Shown in pieces: positions 47,987 through 60,600 of a stretch of DNA of 64,000 nucleotides. Where the stretch lies: IMG/VR virus record IMGVR_UViG_3300028833_000108, positions 35,697 through 99,696 of that record. One strand, written 5' to 3'. The stretch's first letter is position 1. Every line of letters begins with the position of its first letter. Below the pieces are notes generated by a model that did no database searches, was not told the DNA's origin, and saw nothing but the letters and a program-made list of their open reading frames with translations. Source of the stretch: a virus. Lineage: Duplodnaviria > Caudoviricetes. Made by a program: the position numbers and the translations under genes.

Positions 47987-50326
47987 ATGAAACCGATACA
48001 CGACGAACTTTGGAAACTCCCGCAGGACACGCTTGCTCTTGCATCGGATTATGACATCTCCCCCGTTGTCAATGACGAGGAGATTGCTAGCATGGATTTC
48101 TTGAAGGATGATTCATCTGGCAAGGTCAATTATGACGAGATAAAGTACGAGATACCGACTGATACGAACCAGATACTCCAGTCAAATGTGGAGTATGGTC
48201 TTTATGAGCTGTCGGAAGCTGACCGTGTATTGAAGGACAATGTAAAGTATATCAGTTTGAAATACATCTGCCGCAACCTGAACCGTACGGTTGATTGGGT
48301 TATCGACAGGGATATTCTGCACAATTTGTTCTACATTATCGACAACAACGGGGACCGTCTGTACCGTGAACCAGAGGTGGTGGAACGGTGCAAGCTTTTG
48401 TGCATTGAGTTCAGAAGGAGAGACCTCCCGTTTTCCACGTTCGGTAGAATGGAGGCCGCTGAATACCTTGGAATGACGCAACAGCAGTTTGAAGCAGTGG
48501 CGAAGGACATTCCGTTCAAGGAACAGGTTTCTACTGACGGAGAAAAACACATCGTATATTACAAGAAGGACTTGGATGTATACAATCGTCATCACAAGTT
48601 CTTGGACATGGTTGCAAAGGCTAACGCAACAATTTCTTTCGAGGATGTTGTTGACATCATCGGTAATGTAGCGAAGTCAAACGAATTCTTTGCTGTCTAC
48701 AAGCCAAGGAAGATGAAGACTGTTGATGGCTATGTGACGGACAGGTACTCGTCGGACGACATCAGGAAATTCATCGCTTCTCACAGGGGTGACACCTCGA
48801 TTTACAACCCTTTGAAGGAAATAATTTCGAGCGACATGGCTAGGATATATGTCGGTGCGAATAAGAAGGAATGGCTTCGTGCTCGATACGAAAAGAAACT
48901 GATACGTCCTGTCAGGAAGGCCAACGGTTCAAAGCTCAGTCGTTCAGGAAAGGGATTTGCTATGTTCCTTGTGGACGACCTTGACAGGTATATTTACGAA
49001 AGGGATTGTGGAGACCTCTATGGCCTCGGTAGAGAGTTCATAACTAGGAAGCACATCAAGAACAGATACGGTGTCAATGACAAGTGGATTGACACTTATG
49101 CAAAAGATAGCGAAAAGGTTCACGTAAAGCTGGCTTCTGGAAACATAATGACATGGGCTACTTATCACGACAGGAAGGTTAAGGAGGTGATGGTAGGTAT
49201 CAACTATGTCGATATCGAGGAGTTAATCAAGGGTGGAAACTTCATTGACATCACCCGTGAATTTATCAGGAAGAAACTGAAGATTGACAAGGAAGAAAAC
49301 GCCCAGAGGTACAAGAAGGGCAAGTTCTCAATCCTCATGATGCACAAGAAGTGCGTTGAGAGTAGGAAGAAAAGTCCGTACCAGTATCACGAAGTTACGG
49401 ACGATGATGTTACCCTTGCTCTTGACACGAAGATTAACGAACCCCGTCTTGTCATGGACGAGAAGAAACGTCTACTGAAAAAGATTAAGCAGAATGAAAT
49501 CGACCATGACAACAAGATGAGGGATATCTTAGGTTTGACCCCAGTTAAGTGTTCTGCCGTTTCGAATAACGATGTGGTAAAGTCGTTGGCTTCTCCGCAG
49601 GTGTTCCGCTGCATATACAAGAGGGGCAATGTGGACATGTACAAACGATTTGACGGTGGATACAAGACTTACGATTACATTTACCACCCGAACCATTTCT
49701 TCACGAAGAAGAATAGTGCGGACAGGGTTTCCCTCAGTGTCAAGGCCTTGTTCTCTGGCATGTTCAAGATGGAAGAGGAAACATTCGCTTGCCCCCCAGA
49801 TTGGTTCATTTACATGGACAGTTCTACCTGCATATCTGACTTTTTATGGAAGGACAAGCTGGATAGGCTTCCAACTGATGTCGGCATGGTAGGTGTGTAT
49901 GGGTGGAAAAGTGTCCCTAGCTCGTTCAACTGGCATGAAAGCCATGACTCCTACGGATGCTATGAAGGGTTGTCGATTAAGGATAACAGCACCAGAAAAA
50001 TCATAGGAGAACTTGGTTTCGGAGAGCTTACCGATGTTGCCATTCTCGGTGGCCCCGTATTTGCCATCAGGGCCAGCATGATACCCGATATTCTCCGTGT
50101 ACGCATTTTGAACGGCTACGTGATAGGAGATGACCACATTGCTGCTGAACTCTCGATGTTCTGCCACGAGTGCCGCCAGAGGGTGTGCGTGATGGATACG
50201 AATGTCGTGACCTGCATAGACTATATGGATTATGTCGGTGGAGACGACTGGGACGAAGACCAAATCAATTTCGTTTTGCGTTGGCAGCACCGTCTGCCCA
50301 AGTTGAAGGCACCACCGACATTATAA
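47987..50326 (+). CDS. Tandem Xis/MerR-like HTH domains fused to a degenerate GT-A glycosyltransferase-like C-terminal domain
   Basis: MEAAEYLGMT...YYKKDLD, ISFEDVVDIIG...YSSDDI, ISSDMARIYVG...FLVDDLD and ITRKHIKNRYGV are HTH-like units. C-terminus WFIYMDS...VGMVGVYG...VAILGGPVFAIR...AELSM...RVCV. Confidence 0.5.
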   Translation: MKPIHDELWKLPQDTLALASDYDISPVVNDEEIASMDFLKDDSSGKVNYDEIKYEIPTDTNQILQSNVEYGLYELSEADRVLKDNVKYISLKYICRNLNRTVDWVIDRDILHNLFYIIDNNGDRLYREPEVVERCKLLCIEFRRRDLPFSTFGRMEAAEYLGMTQQQFEAVAKDIPFKEQVSTDGEKHIVYYKKDLDVYNRHHKFLDMVAKANATISFEDVVDIIGNVAKSNEFFAVYKPRKMKTVDGYVTDRYSSDDIRKFIASHRGDTSIYNPLKEIISSDMARIYVGANKKEWLRARYEKKLIRPVRKANGSKLSRSGKGFAMFLVDDLDRYIYERDCGDLYGLGREFITRKHIKNRYGVNDKWIDTYAKDSEKVHVKLASGNIMTWATYHDRKVKEVMVGINYVDIEELIKGGNFIDITREFIRKKLKIDKEENAQRYKKGKFSILMMHKKCVESRKKSPYQYHEVTDDDVTLALDTKINEPRLVMDEKKRLLKKIKQNEIDHDNKMRDILGLTPVKCSAVSNNDVVKSLASPQVFRCIYKRGNVDMYKRFDGGYKTYDYIYHPNHFFTKKNSADRVSLSVKALFSGMFKMEEETFACPPDWFIYMDSSTCISDFLWKDKLDRLPTDVGMVGVYGWKSVPSSFNWHESHDSYGCYEGLSIKDNSTRKIIGELGFGELTDVAILGGPVFAIRASMIPDILRVRILNGYVIGDDHIAAELSMFCHECRQRVCVMDTNVVTCIDYMDYVGGDDWDEDQINFVLRWQHRLPKLKAPPTL

Positions 50327-50330
50327 ACTA
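50322..50330 (+). promoter_or_regulatory. Late-promoter motif TATAAACTA
   Basis: Exact motif overlapping the upstream stop codon. Confidence 0.7.
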
Positions 50331-50346
50331 TGAATGATTAGACTAC

Positions 50347-51927
50347 ATGTCGGAGTTCATAGGTATGAATAACAACAGCACGTTTGCGTACGTCCACACG
50401 GAAAGCGGCCCAATCAAGCCTGCCAAGGCTGTTCCCATCCAGACGATGAGGAACATTATTGCATCTATTCAGGGCAATCATGTCCGTGGAGAAAAGGGTA
50501 CTAACTGGGCTGACCTCGCCAAGAAGGTTAACAAGGATTGCAACCCTCATGGGTACACTACGATACAGACTATTTTGAACAAGGCCTTGACCGAGGCTGC
50601 AACCCAGGCTGTTGGCCAGTCTGTATTCCGTCTCGACCTTGGTAACGTTGTGTGCGATTCTGCTCATGCCAAGTTCAAGATGGTCAGAAGGAACCATTCT
50701 GTCATCGTTGACATGCTCTATCCGAACGACAACGGAAACATCACGATTAGGTATAACGTTGACGACGTTGCCGAGAAGATGTTTGAACTATCCCTTGATT
50801 CTGAGCATTATATCAATGGCTTTGGTCATACAATCATCAAGTGCTGTGACGATGCAATCAAGGAAGCAGAGGAAATGACGGAAGAGGACGATATCTATTC
50901 CACTGACGAGTATGGATACCAGCCGATAATGTCTGCCGATATGCGTGGTCTTCTGCAAATGACCAATGCAATAATGGAAGCCGATATGGGTGGCGGTGCT
51001 GATGCTGGCTTTGGTGAAGCTGATTTTGCCGCTGCTCCTGCAGACGGTGGTATGGGTGCTGCTGACCAAGGCGGTGGTATGGGTGCTGCTGACCAAGGCG
51101 GTGGCGCAGGTGCTGGAACTGCTAATCTTGGTGGTAACCTGGAGCATGCTGAAGACAAGGTTACGAATTTTGTCGAAGAGTTGAAACAGGGTCTTAACAC
51201 AGATATCAACGGAAGTCTTGGCAAGATTATGAACATCGTTGCCGACAAGAAGGCCGAAGCATCCAAAGAAAACGCTAGCGGCGAACATTTGACGGCAAAG
51301 CAAATTCGTGATGGTATTCCTCCAATGAATTTGAGAGAGAATACCGATACATTGCTTGAAGAATTTAAAGGATTCTACGAGGCGTTCGATGAGACGAAGC
51401 CTGACCCGATGACAAAGAAGGAAATGAAAGCATTGCTCGATTTCCTTGATAATAACGACGTAAATTCTGCTATGGATTTCGAGGCATGGTTGTTCAGCAA
51501 TCCTATGATGAAGGACCTATTTAAGAGGAATAACATTGGCCTTCAGGGTACTGCGACTAAGGACAATATGGATGTTAATGCTCTTCCTGATGATGGAACG
51601 GCAAATACAGGTGAACAGCCTGCTGGTGATGACTTTGGTGGCGGCGACTTCGGTGGTGGCGGCGACTTCGGTGCTCCTGCTGCTGGAGATTTCGGTGCCC
51701 CTGCTGGTGGAGGAGACTTCGGTGCTGGTGGTGACTTCGGTGCTGGCGATATGGGTACTGATATTGCAGACCAGCCTTTTGGTACTGAGACTGCTCCAGG
51801 TGGCGACACTACAATCAATGACCTAGGGGAAGTTGACAAGATTAGCGAAAACACGAGTACAGAACTTCCTAACCTTGGCGGAGAAACTGCCGAACAACCA
51901 GTAGATGAAACTGCACCTCAGGCATAA
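50347..51927 (+). CDS. Hypothetical late protein with G/D/F/A low-complexity repeats
   Basis: GGMGAADQG x2 and multiple G(G)DFG repeats. Confidence 0.65.
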   Translation: MSEFIGMNNNSTFAYVHTESGPIKPAKAVPIQTMRNIIASIQGNHVRGEKGTNWADLAKKVNKDCNPHGYTTIQTILNKALTEAATQAVGQSVFRLDLGNVVCDSAHAKFKMVRRNHSVIVDMLYPNDNGNITIRYNVDDVAEKMFELSLDSEHYINGFGHTIIKCCDDAIKEAEEMTEEDDIYSTDEYGYQPIMSADMRGLLQMTNAIMEADMGGGADAGFGEADFAAAPADGGMGAADQGGGMGAADQGGGAGAGTANLGGNLEHAEDKVTNFVEELKQGLNTDINGSLGKIMNIVADKKAEASKENASGEHLTAKQIRDGIPPMNLRENTDTLLEEFKGFYEAFDETKPDPMTKKEMKALLDFLDNNDVNSAMDFEAWLFSNPMMKDLFKRNNIGLQGTATKDNMDVNALPDDGTANTGEQPAGDDFGGGDFGGGGDFGAPAAGDFGAPAGGGDFGAGGDFGAGDMGTDIADQPFGTETAPGGDTTINDLGEVDKISENTSTELPNLGGETAEQPVDETAPQA

Positions 51928-51939
51928 TAGGTAGATACT

Positions 51940-52560
51940 ATGATGGAAACTACAACGACATACGACAACATAGATGTCAAACCGAATCCTATTGGGAGGA
52001 GCACTCCTCTTGTTTCTGGATTGGCTGCAGACACAGGTGAAGACCAGTTTACCGTTGCTGCCAAGCTGGATGCTGAAATTCGTGAGGAGGAAAAAAAGAG
52101 GATGATGAACCCTAGGGGTTATGCAGCCGAAACAGACCCGTTGGACGTTGTTAAGTCTGCCGCCAAGGAGACGAAGGTGGAACTGCTGCATCCAGAGCTC
52201 GATATTGTTGACGATGAGCCGACAACGGACGAGCAGGCTGCTGGTGCAGACCAGTTTAGCGTAGATGAAATGAACAACTGGGATACAGCTGCGGAATGGG
52301 CTAACGCTCAACAGCCCGATGACGATAACATCAGTGGCGAAAGTTTTGCCATGAATGAACCGTTAGACGCTGGTTCTGTAAATGGGGATTCAGACATGAC
52401 GAACCAATCGTTGGATTTCATGAATTCCATCGAGCCAACACCTGAGCAGGCCGGGCCTGAGGTAGACGTAGTTCCTGACGCCGAAGGTGATGCTGGTGGT
52501 GATGGTGAGAGTAACGATTTCGAGGAAGACCCTTCGGCAAATTTGGGTGATGAGATATAG
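51940..52560 (+). CDS. Hypothetical acidic protein
   Basis: D/E-rich ORF in a late operon. Confidence 0.6.
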   Translation: MMETTTTYDNIDVKPNPIGRSTPLVSGLAADTGEDQFTVAAKLDAEIREEEKKRMMNPRGYAAETDPLDVVKSAAKETKVELLHPELDIVDDEPTTDEQAAGADQFSVDEMNNWDTAAEWANAQQPDDDNISGESFAMNEPLDAGSVNGDSDMTNQSLDFMNSIEPTPEQAGPEVDVVPDAEGDAGGDGESNDFEEDPSANLGDEI

Positions 52561-52569
52561 GGGGTTATC

Positions 52570-53232
52570 ATGGATTTCAATGATGTTCCTGGACACGAGC
52601 TGTTTGAAACGATAATGGGAGAATCGACGATAGAGGAATACCAGCCAGAAGATGATGGCGGGGTTATCGACGGTTTCGAAATTGACGGCCAAACGAACAC
52701 TGGCCCCTTTGACGACAAGTTCAAGCTATACATCAAGAACCCTACACAGATTGACGATTCCATGCTTGACGAATTGGGAAAGCTGATTGACGGTAAGTAC
52801 AGTGACGATTTCAGAGACCTGAAACGCATTGTGTCTAAGCCGAATACGGTTGAACAAATCAAGAATGCTGACATGGTAGAGTACATAACCTACGAGGACA
52901 TTCCAGTAGGCGTGCTTACCGTTACTGACCCGACAAAGGAAAACTACATGAATATCGTCCCCGCAGAGACGTATTCTCTCCATAGTGCCTACAACCTTGA
53001 CAAAAGGCTTGAAATCGAGTATTTCGTTGTATCTTCGGAGATGAACGAGTACCCTGTCGCACAGGAGCTGGTTAACCACTTGTTGGAGCAGAAGATTGCA
53101 ACATTCCTTGTATGCCCTGCCGATGACACCACGATGAATGAGTTGATGCGGAAGGTCCACTTCAAATACGTGAAGACGTTTAGGATAGATGCGGTTGACT
53201 ATGACATCAACCTGTATGTCAACAACGAATAA
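52570..53232 (+). CDS. GNAT-fold-like protein with acidic N-terminus
   Basis: EDIPVGVL, LEIEYFVVSSEMNEYPVAQELVNHLL (motif A-like, degenerate), MNELMRKVHFK. Confidence 0.4.
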   Translation: MDFNDVPGHELFETIMGESTIEEYQPEDDGGVIDGFEIDGQTNTGPFDDKFKLYIKNPTQIDDSMLDELGKLIDGKYSDDFRDLKRIVSKPNTVEQIKNADMVEYITYEDIPVGVLTVTDPTKENYMNIVPAETYSLHSAYNLDKRLEIEYFVVSSEMNEYPVAQELVNHLLEQKIATFLVCPADDTTMNELMRKVHFKYVKTFRIDAVDYDINLYVNNE

Positions 53233-53277
53233 TCAAAAAATATACTTTAAGGATGATATCACCTACTAGGGTAGATT

Positions 53278-53916
53278 ATGAACAATAACGAATACTTTGG
53301 ACAGCCGCAACAGCCACAGCAACCGCAATATGCACCGCAGCAAGGATATCCTCAGCAGCAGCCGTATTATCCGCAGCAGGGTTATCCGCAACAGGGTTAT
53401 CCTCAGCAGGGCTACCAACAGCCCATGATGAACCCTGGCATCATGCCTCCTGGTGCCTATCAGCAGCCTCAGTTTGAAGGACAGGGATATGGACAGCAGG
53501 GCAGGCCGACCAAGCTTCCTGGTGGCCAGAGGATTGTCGAAACGCCGTATGGAAACAACACCGACGCTGCGACAAGGGATTACTGCAACCAGATTGATGC
53601 TGATGGCCGTCTCGAAGAGTTGAACAATGCTCTTGACCTTATTAACGGAACTGGCGAAAATGCTGGCGTAGAGGGAAACCTCAATGCGATGAACCAGAAG
53701 ATGGCATCGGTCATGCAAAACAAGGCTGGCATCAACGACCGCCAGAACCTGACTGCTGTGTTGAACTCAATGGAACAGCTTGCACAGATTGTTTCCGACC
53801 CAGCTTCTTGGTTCCCTCCTGGAAGCCAGGCTCAAGTTCCGAAGTTCAAGCCGTCTCTGTCGAAACTTGCTGCAGGACTTAGGAGTTACATCGAGAAGTT
53901 GAATACGTTGTCTTGA
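53278..53916 (+). CDS. Protein with N-terminal PQQGY prion-like repeats
   Basis: Repeated PQQGY/QQP units followed by a helical C-terminus. Confidence 0.65.
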   Translation: MNNNEYFGQPQQPQQPQYAPQQGYPQQQPYYPQQGYPQQGYPQQGYQQPMMNPGIMPPGAYQQPQFEGQGYGQQGRPTKLPGGQRIVETPYGNNTDAATRDYCNQIDADGRLEELNNALDLINGTGENAGVEGNLNAMNQKMASVMQNKAGINDRQNLTAVLNSMEQLAQIVSDPASWFPPGSQAQVPKFKPSLSKLAAGLRSYIEKLNTLS

Positions 53917-53943
53917 CAACGTCAACTTAACAAATCAACTATT

Positions 53944-53972
53944 AGGCGACCTGAATGGTCGCCTTTTGTTTT
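53944..53972 (+). terminator. Rho-independent terminator
   Basis: AGGCGACC-tgaat-GGTCGCCT-TTTGTTTT. Confidence 0.8.
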
Positions 53973-53993
53973 AGGTGCAAACAGCCATGGGAT

Positions 53994-54002
53994 TATAAAC
54001 TA
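53994..54002 (+). promoter_or_regulatory. Late-promoter motif TATAAACTA
   Basis: Exact motif. Confidence 0.75.
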
Positions 54003-54028
54003 TTGGTAAAGTTTTTGCCGGTTACGTC

Positions 54029-56206
<2,178 letters not shown>

Positions 56207-56209
56207 TCT

Positions 56210-56992
56210 ATGGTTGATACACACAACATATCGTTTAGAATACCTGACGGAAGTGGTGGCTCTTGGTCACAGAATGTCCCTCGTATATGTCGTTACGAGA
56301 ACGGGAGCTTTGCTGACTTCAAGGAGGTATACGTCTATAAAAACGGTGACTTTCACCTATGCTGGAAGAAAGGTGGAGGACCGCAGAAGTATTACAATTT
56401 CATTATGGAGTCAGGCACTGATGGTAGACTTAGGATTATAAAAGGAAGTGATTATCCTGTTATCAATACGCTAGGTCTGTATGTTGGTGTGGCTGGATGG
56501 GAAATGTCCCAGGGTGGCGTTATGGCTAACTGGGTGTACAAAATGGTTGAATCCATCGGTAGTACATTTACAGGAACCTCTCCATGGGATGATGCTTCTG
56601 TATGGCAAGGCATAACTGGGAATTATAGCATACAGGTAGAATATCCAGACTTTACTTTGTATGATGGGTCATCGTTGCCGTCGAGTAGAGATGGAACGGA
56701 AATCCGAAAAGTCACGTTTACTTTTACGAACCCGCTGAGCCTGTCGGCGGACAAGGAATACGCTATTATGTGTAATAGGTCTAGCGGAAGCGGAAGTGGA
56801 GACCTGATAGTGTATGAATCTGATTCATCTGGGGTTGCGTTGACCGAAATCGGCTTTCCGTATAGCGGTAACTTTGGCTCACGTAACGAGTCTCCATCGC
56901 AGTTAGGAAACTGGGGAACGAGTGCAGAGGGTTTATTTCAGAAGGATACTATACAAAAGGCATACCTTGAAATTAATGGGGCTGTTATATGA
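56210..56992 (+). CDS. Hypothetical beta-rich protein (possible fibre tip/adhesin)
   Basis: Directly downstream of the collagen gene. G/S/W-rich. Confidence 0.5.
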   Translation: MVDTHNISFRIPDGSGGSWSQNVPRICRYENGSFADFKEVYVYKNGDFHLCWKKGGGPQKYYNFIMESGTDGRLRIIKGSDYPVINTLGLYVGVAGWEMSQGGVMANWVYKMVESIGSTFTGTSPWDDASVWQGITGNYSIQVEYPDFTLYDGSSLPSSRDGTEIRKVTFTFTNPLSLSADKEYAIMCNRSSGSGSGDLIVYESDSSGVALTEIGFPYSGNFGSRNESPSQLGNWGTSAEGLFQKDTIQKAYLEINGAVI

Positions 56993-57603
56993 TTGTTGTA
57001 ATGAAGAAAACAACCATGCATGTTATAGGATGGTTTGACAATCTCAACCTTGTCAAGCGTTATTGCAATGAAAAGGGGATTGATTACGTCAATGACATTA
57101 TCAAGTTAAAGGAAATGAATATGAACTATGTTGGAACGATAACTTACGTTGACGACAATGTCGTCTATTACAACAAGGACTTTTGGAAATCCGACTTGGC
57201 GTCGTTCATTTCCTCTTACGAGTCACATAGCGTATCCGATTATATGGGCAATCCTGTTCCTAAGGAACGTTTCCTGATTGAGATGAATGAAACTATTGAC
57301 CGTATTGGTTCAATCGACGGTGAAGAAGGCGAAATCGCGTTCAACATCAACGTAGGGTCGGAGTTTATCACTCTCGTCAGGAATGAGTTTAAGAACTCGA
57401 TTTTGACCGAATACACCGCTATCGATTTTGCCAACGACATCGGCAAGATTTCAATGCTCGTTATGGAAGGTGCATTTAGGGAGGCCGCCCTGCTTCTTTC
57501 GACGTTTGAGCCGAATGAATTCCTGACAAGGGAGCGATTGGATAAGTATATCGCCATGCTTCATAGCGCTGATGCGATAACGTATCTTCCAACCTCTCGA
57601 TAG
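56989..57603 (+). CDS. Hypothetical protein (possible fibre assembly chaperone)
   Basis: ATGA overlap with the upstream gene, last gene of the fibre operon. Confidence 0.45.
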   Translation: MIVVMKKTTMHVIGWFDNLNLVKRYCNEKGIDYVNDIIKLKEMNMNYVGTITYVDDNVVYYNKDFWKSDLASFISSYESHSVSDYMGNPVPKERFLIEMNETIDRIGSIDGEEGEIAFNINVGSEFITLVRNEFKNSILTEYTAIDFANDIGKISMLVMEGAFREAALLLSTFEPNEFLTRERLDKYIAMLHSADAITYLPTSR

Positions 57604-57624
57604 TGGAATTAATGCTACTCGATG

Positions 57625-57652
57625 GGCATCGTGCTTATGCACGGTGCCTTTC
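57625..57652 (+). terminator. Rho-independent terminator
   Basis: GGCATCGTGC-ttat-GCACGGTGCC-TTT. Confidence 0.65.
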
Positions 57653-57657
57653 TACGT

Positions 57658-57666
57658 TATAAACTA
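57658..57666 (+). promoter_or_regulatory. Late-promoter motif TATAAACTA
   Basis: Exact motif. Confidence 0.75.
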
Positions 57667-57696
57667 TAAGTGAAAATTAACCGATGATAGGCTACC

Positions 57697-60600
57697 ATGT
57701 TTAGCAAGAAAGAGGTTTTTGAGAATTATCTGGGAAAGCTCGGATTGAATAAGACGGCTTTTGAGGCGGTCAAGGATATCAACGGCGTTCTGTTCGAAGG
57801 TCTGGACGACCTTCTTGGTGACTTGGAAAATGAGGTCAACCAGGAAGATGGTGATGAAGAAATTGCCCCTGTTCCTGAGTTTACTACTCCACCTGAAAAG
57901 AAAAACGAATATGACCCTATCGAGCTGGAAGGAAAGTATAAGATGCCGTTCGGCGAGGCGATTAACCTGGCAATGCTGTGGGCTAAAAAACAACCTAGAT
58001 TTAGCCAGTTCTGGGATAACGATGGTGGATTTAAAAGTCCGTCGTATATGTTGACATCGGAGTCAGGGGAGCAAGAGTTTTATAGTAAAGATAGAGTTCC
58101 GTACGTGGTACACACGGAACGTGACGAGTCTGTGCCAAAGGCTGAATATGAAACGGCTACCAACTATGTCAAGATGAGCTCGGAAGTTTACGACAGGGTA
58201 ATGAAATACTATGAAGAGCAGGGCTATGACGACCTGACCGAAGTACCCTTCGATGACATCAAGCATTTGGTTCTTGGAAATGCTATACACCAGACTGGAA
58301 CAGAAGCTCCAAACATCGGTATTGAATGTACGGTTGAAATCGACCCGTCGGTAACCCTGTTGACTACGCAAGTTGAGAACAGAGACCCGAAAAATGGTCT
58401 ACTTGTTATCATACCAGGTGAGCAGCAAAAACTCAGCGAGGAAACAGGCCTTCCAGTTGACGGACTTTACACTGCCTTGCTGAGGGAATGGACTGATTAT
58501 AGCGACCAATACTATTGGGATTCCCAGACAGGATTTATCTATGATGTGACGAAAAAGTCGGATGCTCATCAAATGACAAGAGAGGGCACTCTGACCCCGT
58601 CCAAGATTAAGAAGGAGCATTCATTGGCTCTGGGCAGAAAGGTTATTGACTGGGCCAGAACACAGGACATGTTCAAACTGCTTCTGAAGCCAAGGGGTGC
58701 GGATACTCTTATATACACGAGTTCAATACACAAGGTGCCCAACGATGGTAATATCGAGGGTGTCGGTAACGCTCCTTATGTGTACATGGATGATGAGAAT
58801 TATGAGAGTTTTGTCAATAGCACCAACTTTGACACTGAGAGAGTAAAACACTTTGATGCAAACTCATTGAACCAGATTGTTTCTAAGGAGTACAAGGATA
58901 GAAGCTTGACCAATACTGTTGGTTCGAACGATTATGGTTATGATGATAACGGCTGGGTTACTAGCATTGCATGTGTATTGGATGATAAGTCTGGTGTATA
59001 CACATTGGCGAACGGTGTTGCTAGCCAGATTATAAAGGCGTATGGTAGGAAGGTTGAAGGTTACAACAACTATATCGCTGGCAAAAACAGTATCACCGTA
59101 GGTGAACATAGTTTCCATCCGCTTGTTCTTTTGAGCACGTCTAGGGGTGGGTTGTATCCACGGCTTGTTGCATTTTTCGATGAGACTTGCTGCAAGCCTG
59201 GTGAATCGATAGAACAGCTTGTTGGTGCAAAGGGCATGAGGGGTGGAGTTCCTACCATTCAGGGTTTTGCTACAATCATGGGTGGATGCAAGTTGGCATC
59301 TGATGGCGAGGTTGAGATTAACCAATGCACGCTAAGCAATGTGGACATATCTGGAAGCACTGGTCGAGTAAGAATTGGTTCTCGCCCTAGTAAAAAAGGT
59401 GCATCACTCTTGGAAACTCGTGTGGAAGATACTGTCATTGCTGTTGGAAACAATGGTGCAGACCAGGTTTTGCCGAATAACAGGATTTATGCCGAAATGA
59501 ATGGCGGCATACGTGGTGTATCTATTGTAAAATCGTTTATTGTAGACGCACACATTTCTAACGGCTATGCTCAAATCGAGGACTGTAATATACAGCACCT
59601 TAACATGAGTAATGATGGCCCGAAACACCTTGATGGCTGGAATACTGAGGATGCCAGCAACGTCGTGTTTAAGGGAGATAACTTGATTACCATTACAGGA
59701 ACTGCTAACTACCTGAATGGTTATAACAAGAGTACCATCCCTGGCGGAAGGGCTGTAAAGGATTGGAAGAAAGGTGAAGTTACAACGGAATTGACGGGTG
59801 AAGTCACGTTGGATTCTACATCAGGTACTGTGGTATGTAGAGGTTCTAAATTGCATAACGTTGTTGCGAATGGACCTTGCGGCATCAGCAGCTGCACTTT
59901 GAAGGGTGCGACTATTGGTGTTAACGCCCTTGGTGGTAACGGAAACTTCGAAAAGACCGAGATGAACTGTGTCAACACAACACCTGCTGTTGACGGTGCT
60001 TGGGGTATTCAAATCGAACACGGTACGGATGGAAACGCTACTGTGTTTGGTATGGGTACTGATACAACGCCTGGAATGATTGAACTGTCTGGAAGGGTAT
60101 ATATTGAAGGCGGTGCCAAAATACTGCATTCTCTTGTAGCTAGCACTGAGGATGGACAAACGGTGTATGTCCGCAGCAACATGACGTTGAACGGATGTTC
60201 TCCATATACTCTCAACAAGAAAGATTCAGGCATTCTCAGTAAGTATCTAAGAAGCGATACTAACCTTAGGGGAGACTGCACGGATATCACTAAGATTGCG
60301 AATACCTTGGACTTTGAGTTCAACGCATTCGGTGGTGAAAACTCTCTCGCTCTCTACGCAGACTTCAAGGCTGGTAAACAAGATGAGTCGATGAAAAAGA
60401 ATCTTACCCTGTTCGATGCGGACACGCTTATCGATGACTTCTTGGTGGATACGTCTTCTATCTTGATGGATAGTAGCGTGCTCATGGGTATGGACGGTGA
60501 TGGTAACATCATTCCGAACGAGAGTTTGAAGAGGACCATATGGGACCCGATTGGTGGATTCTTTGTCGGTCCTGTCAACGAGAAGATTGATGCCAGAGGA

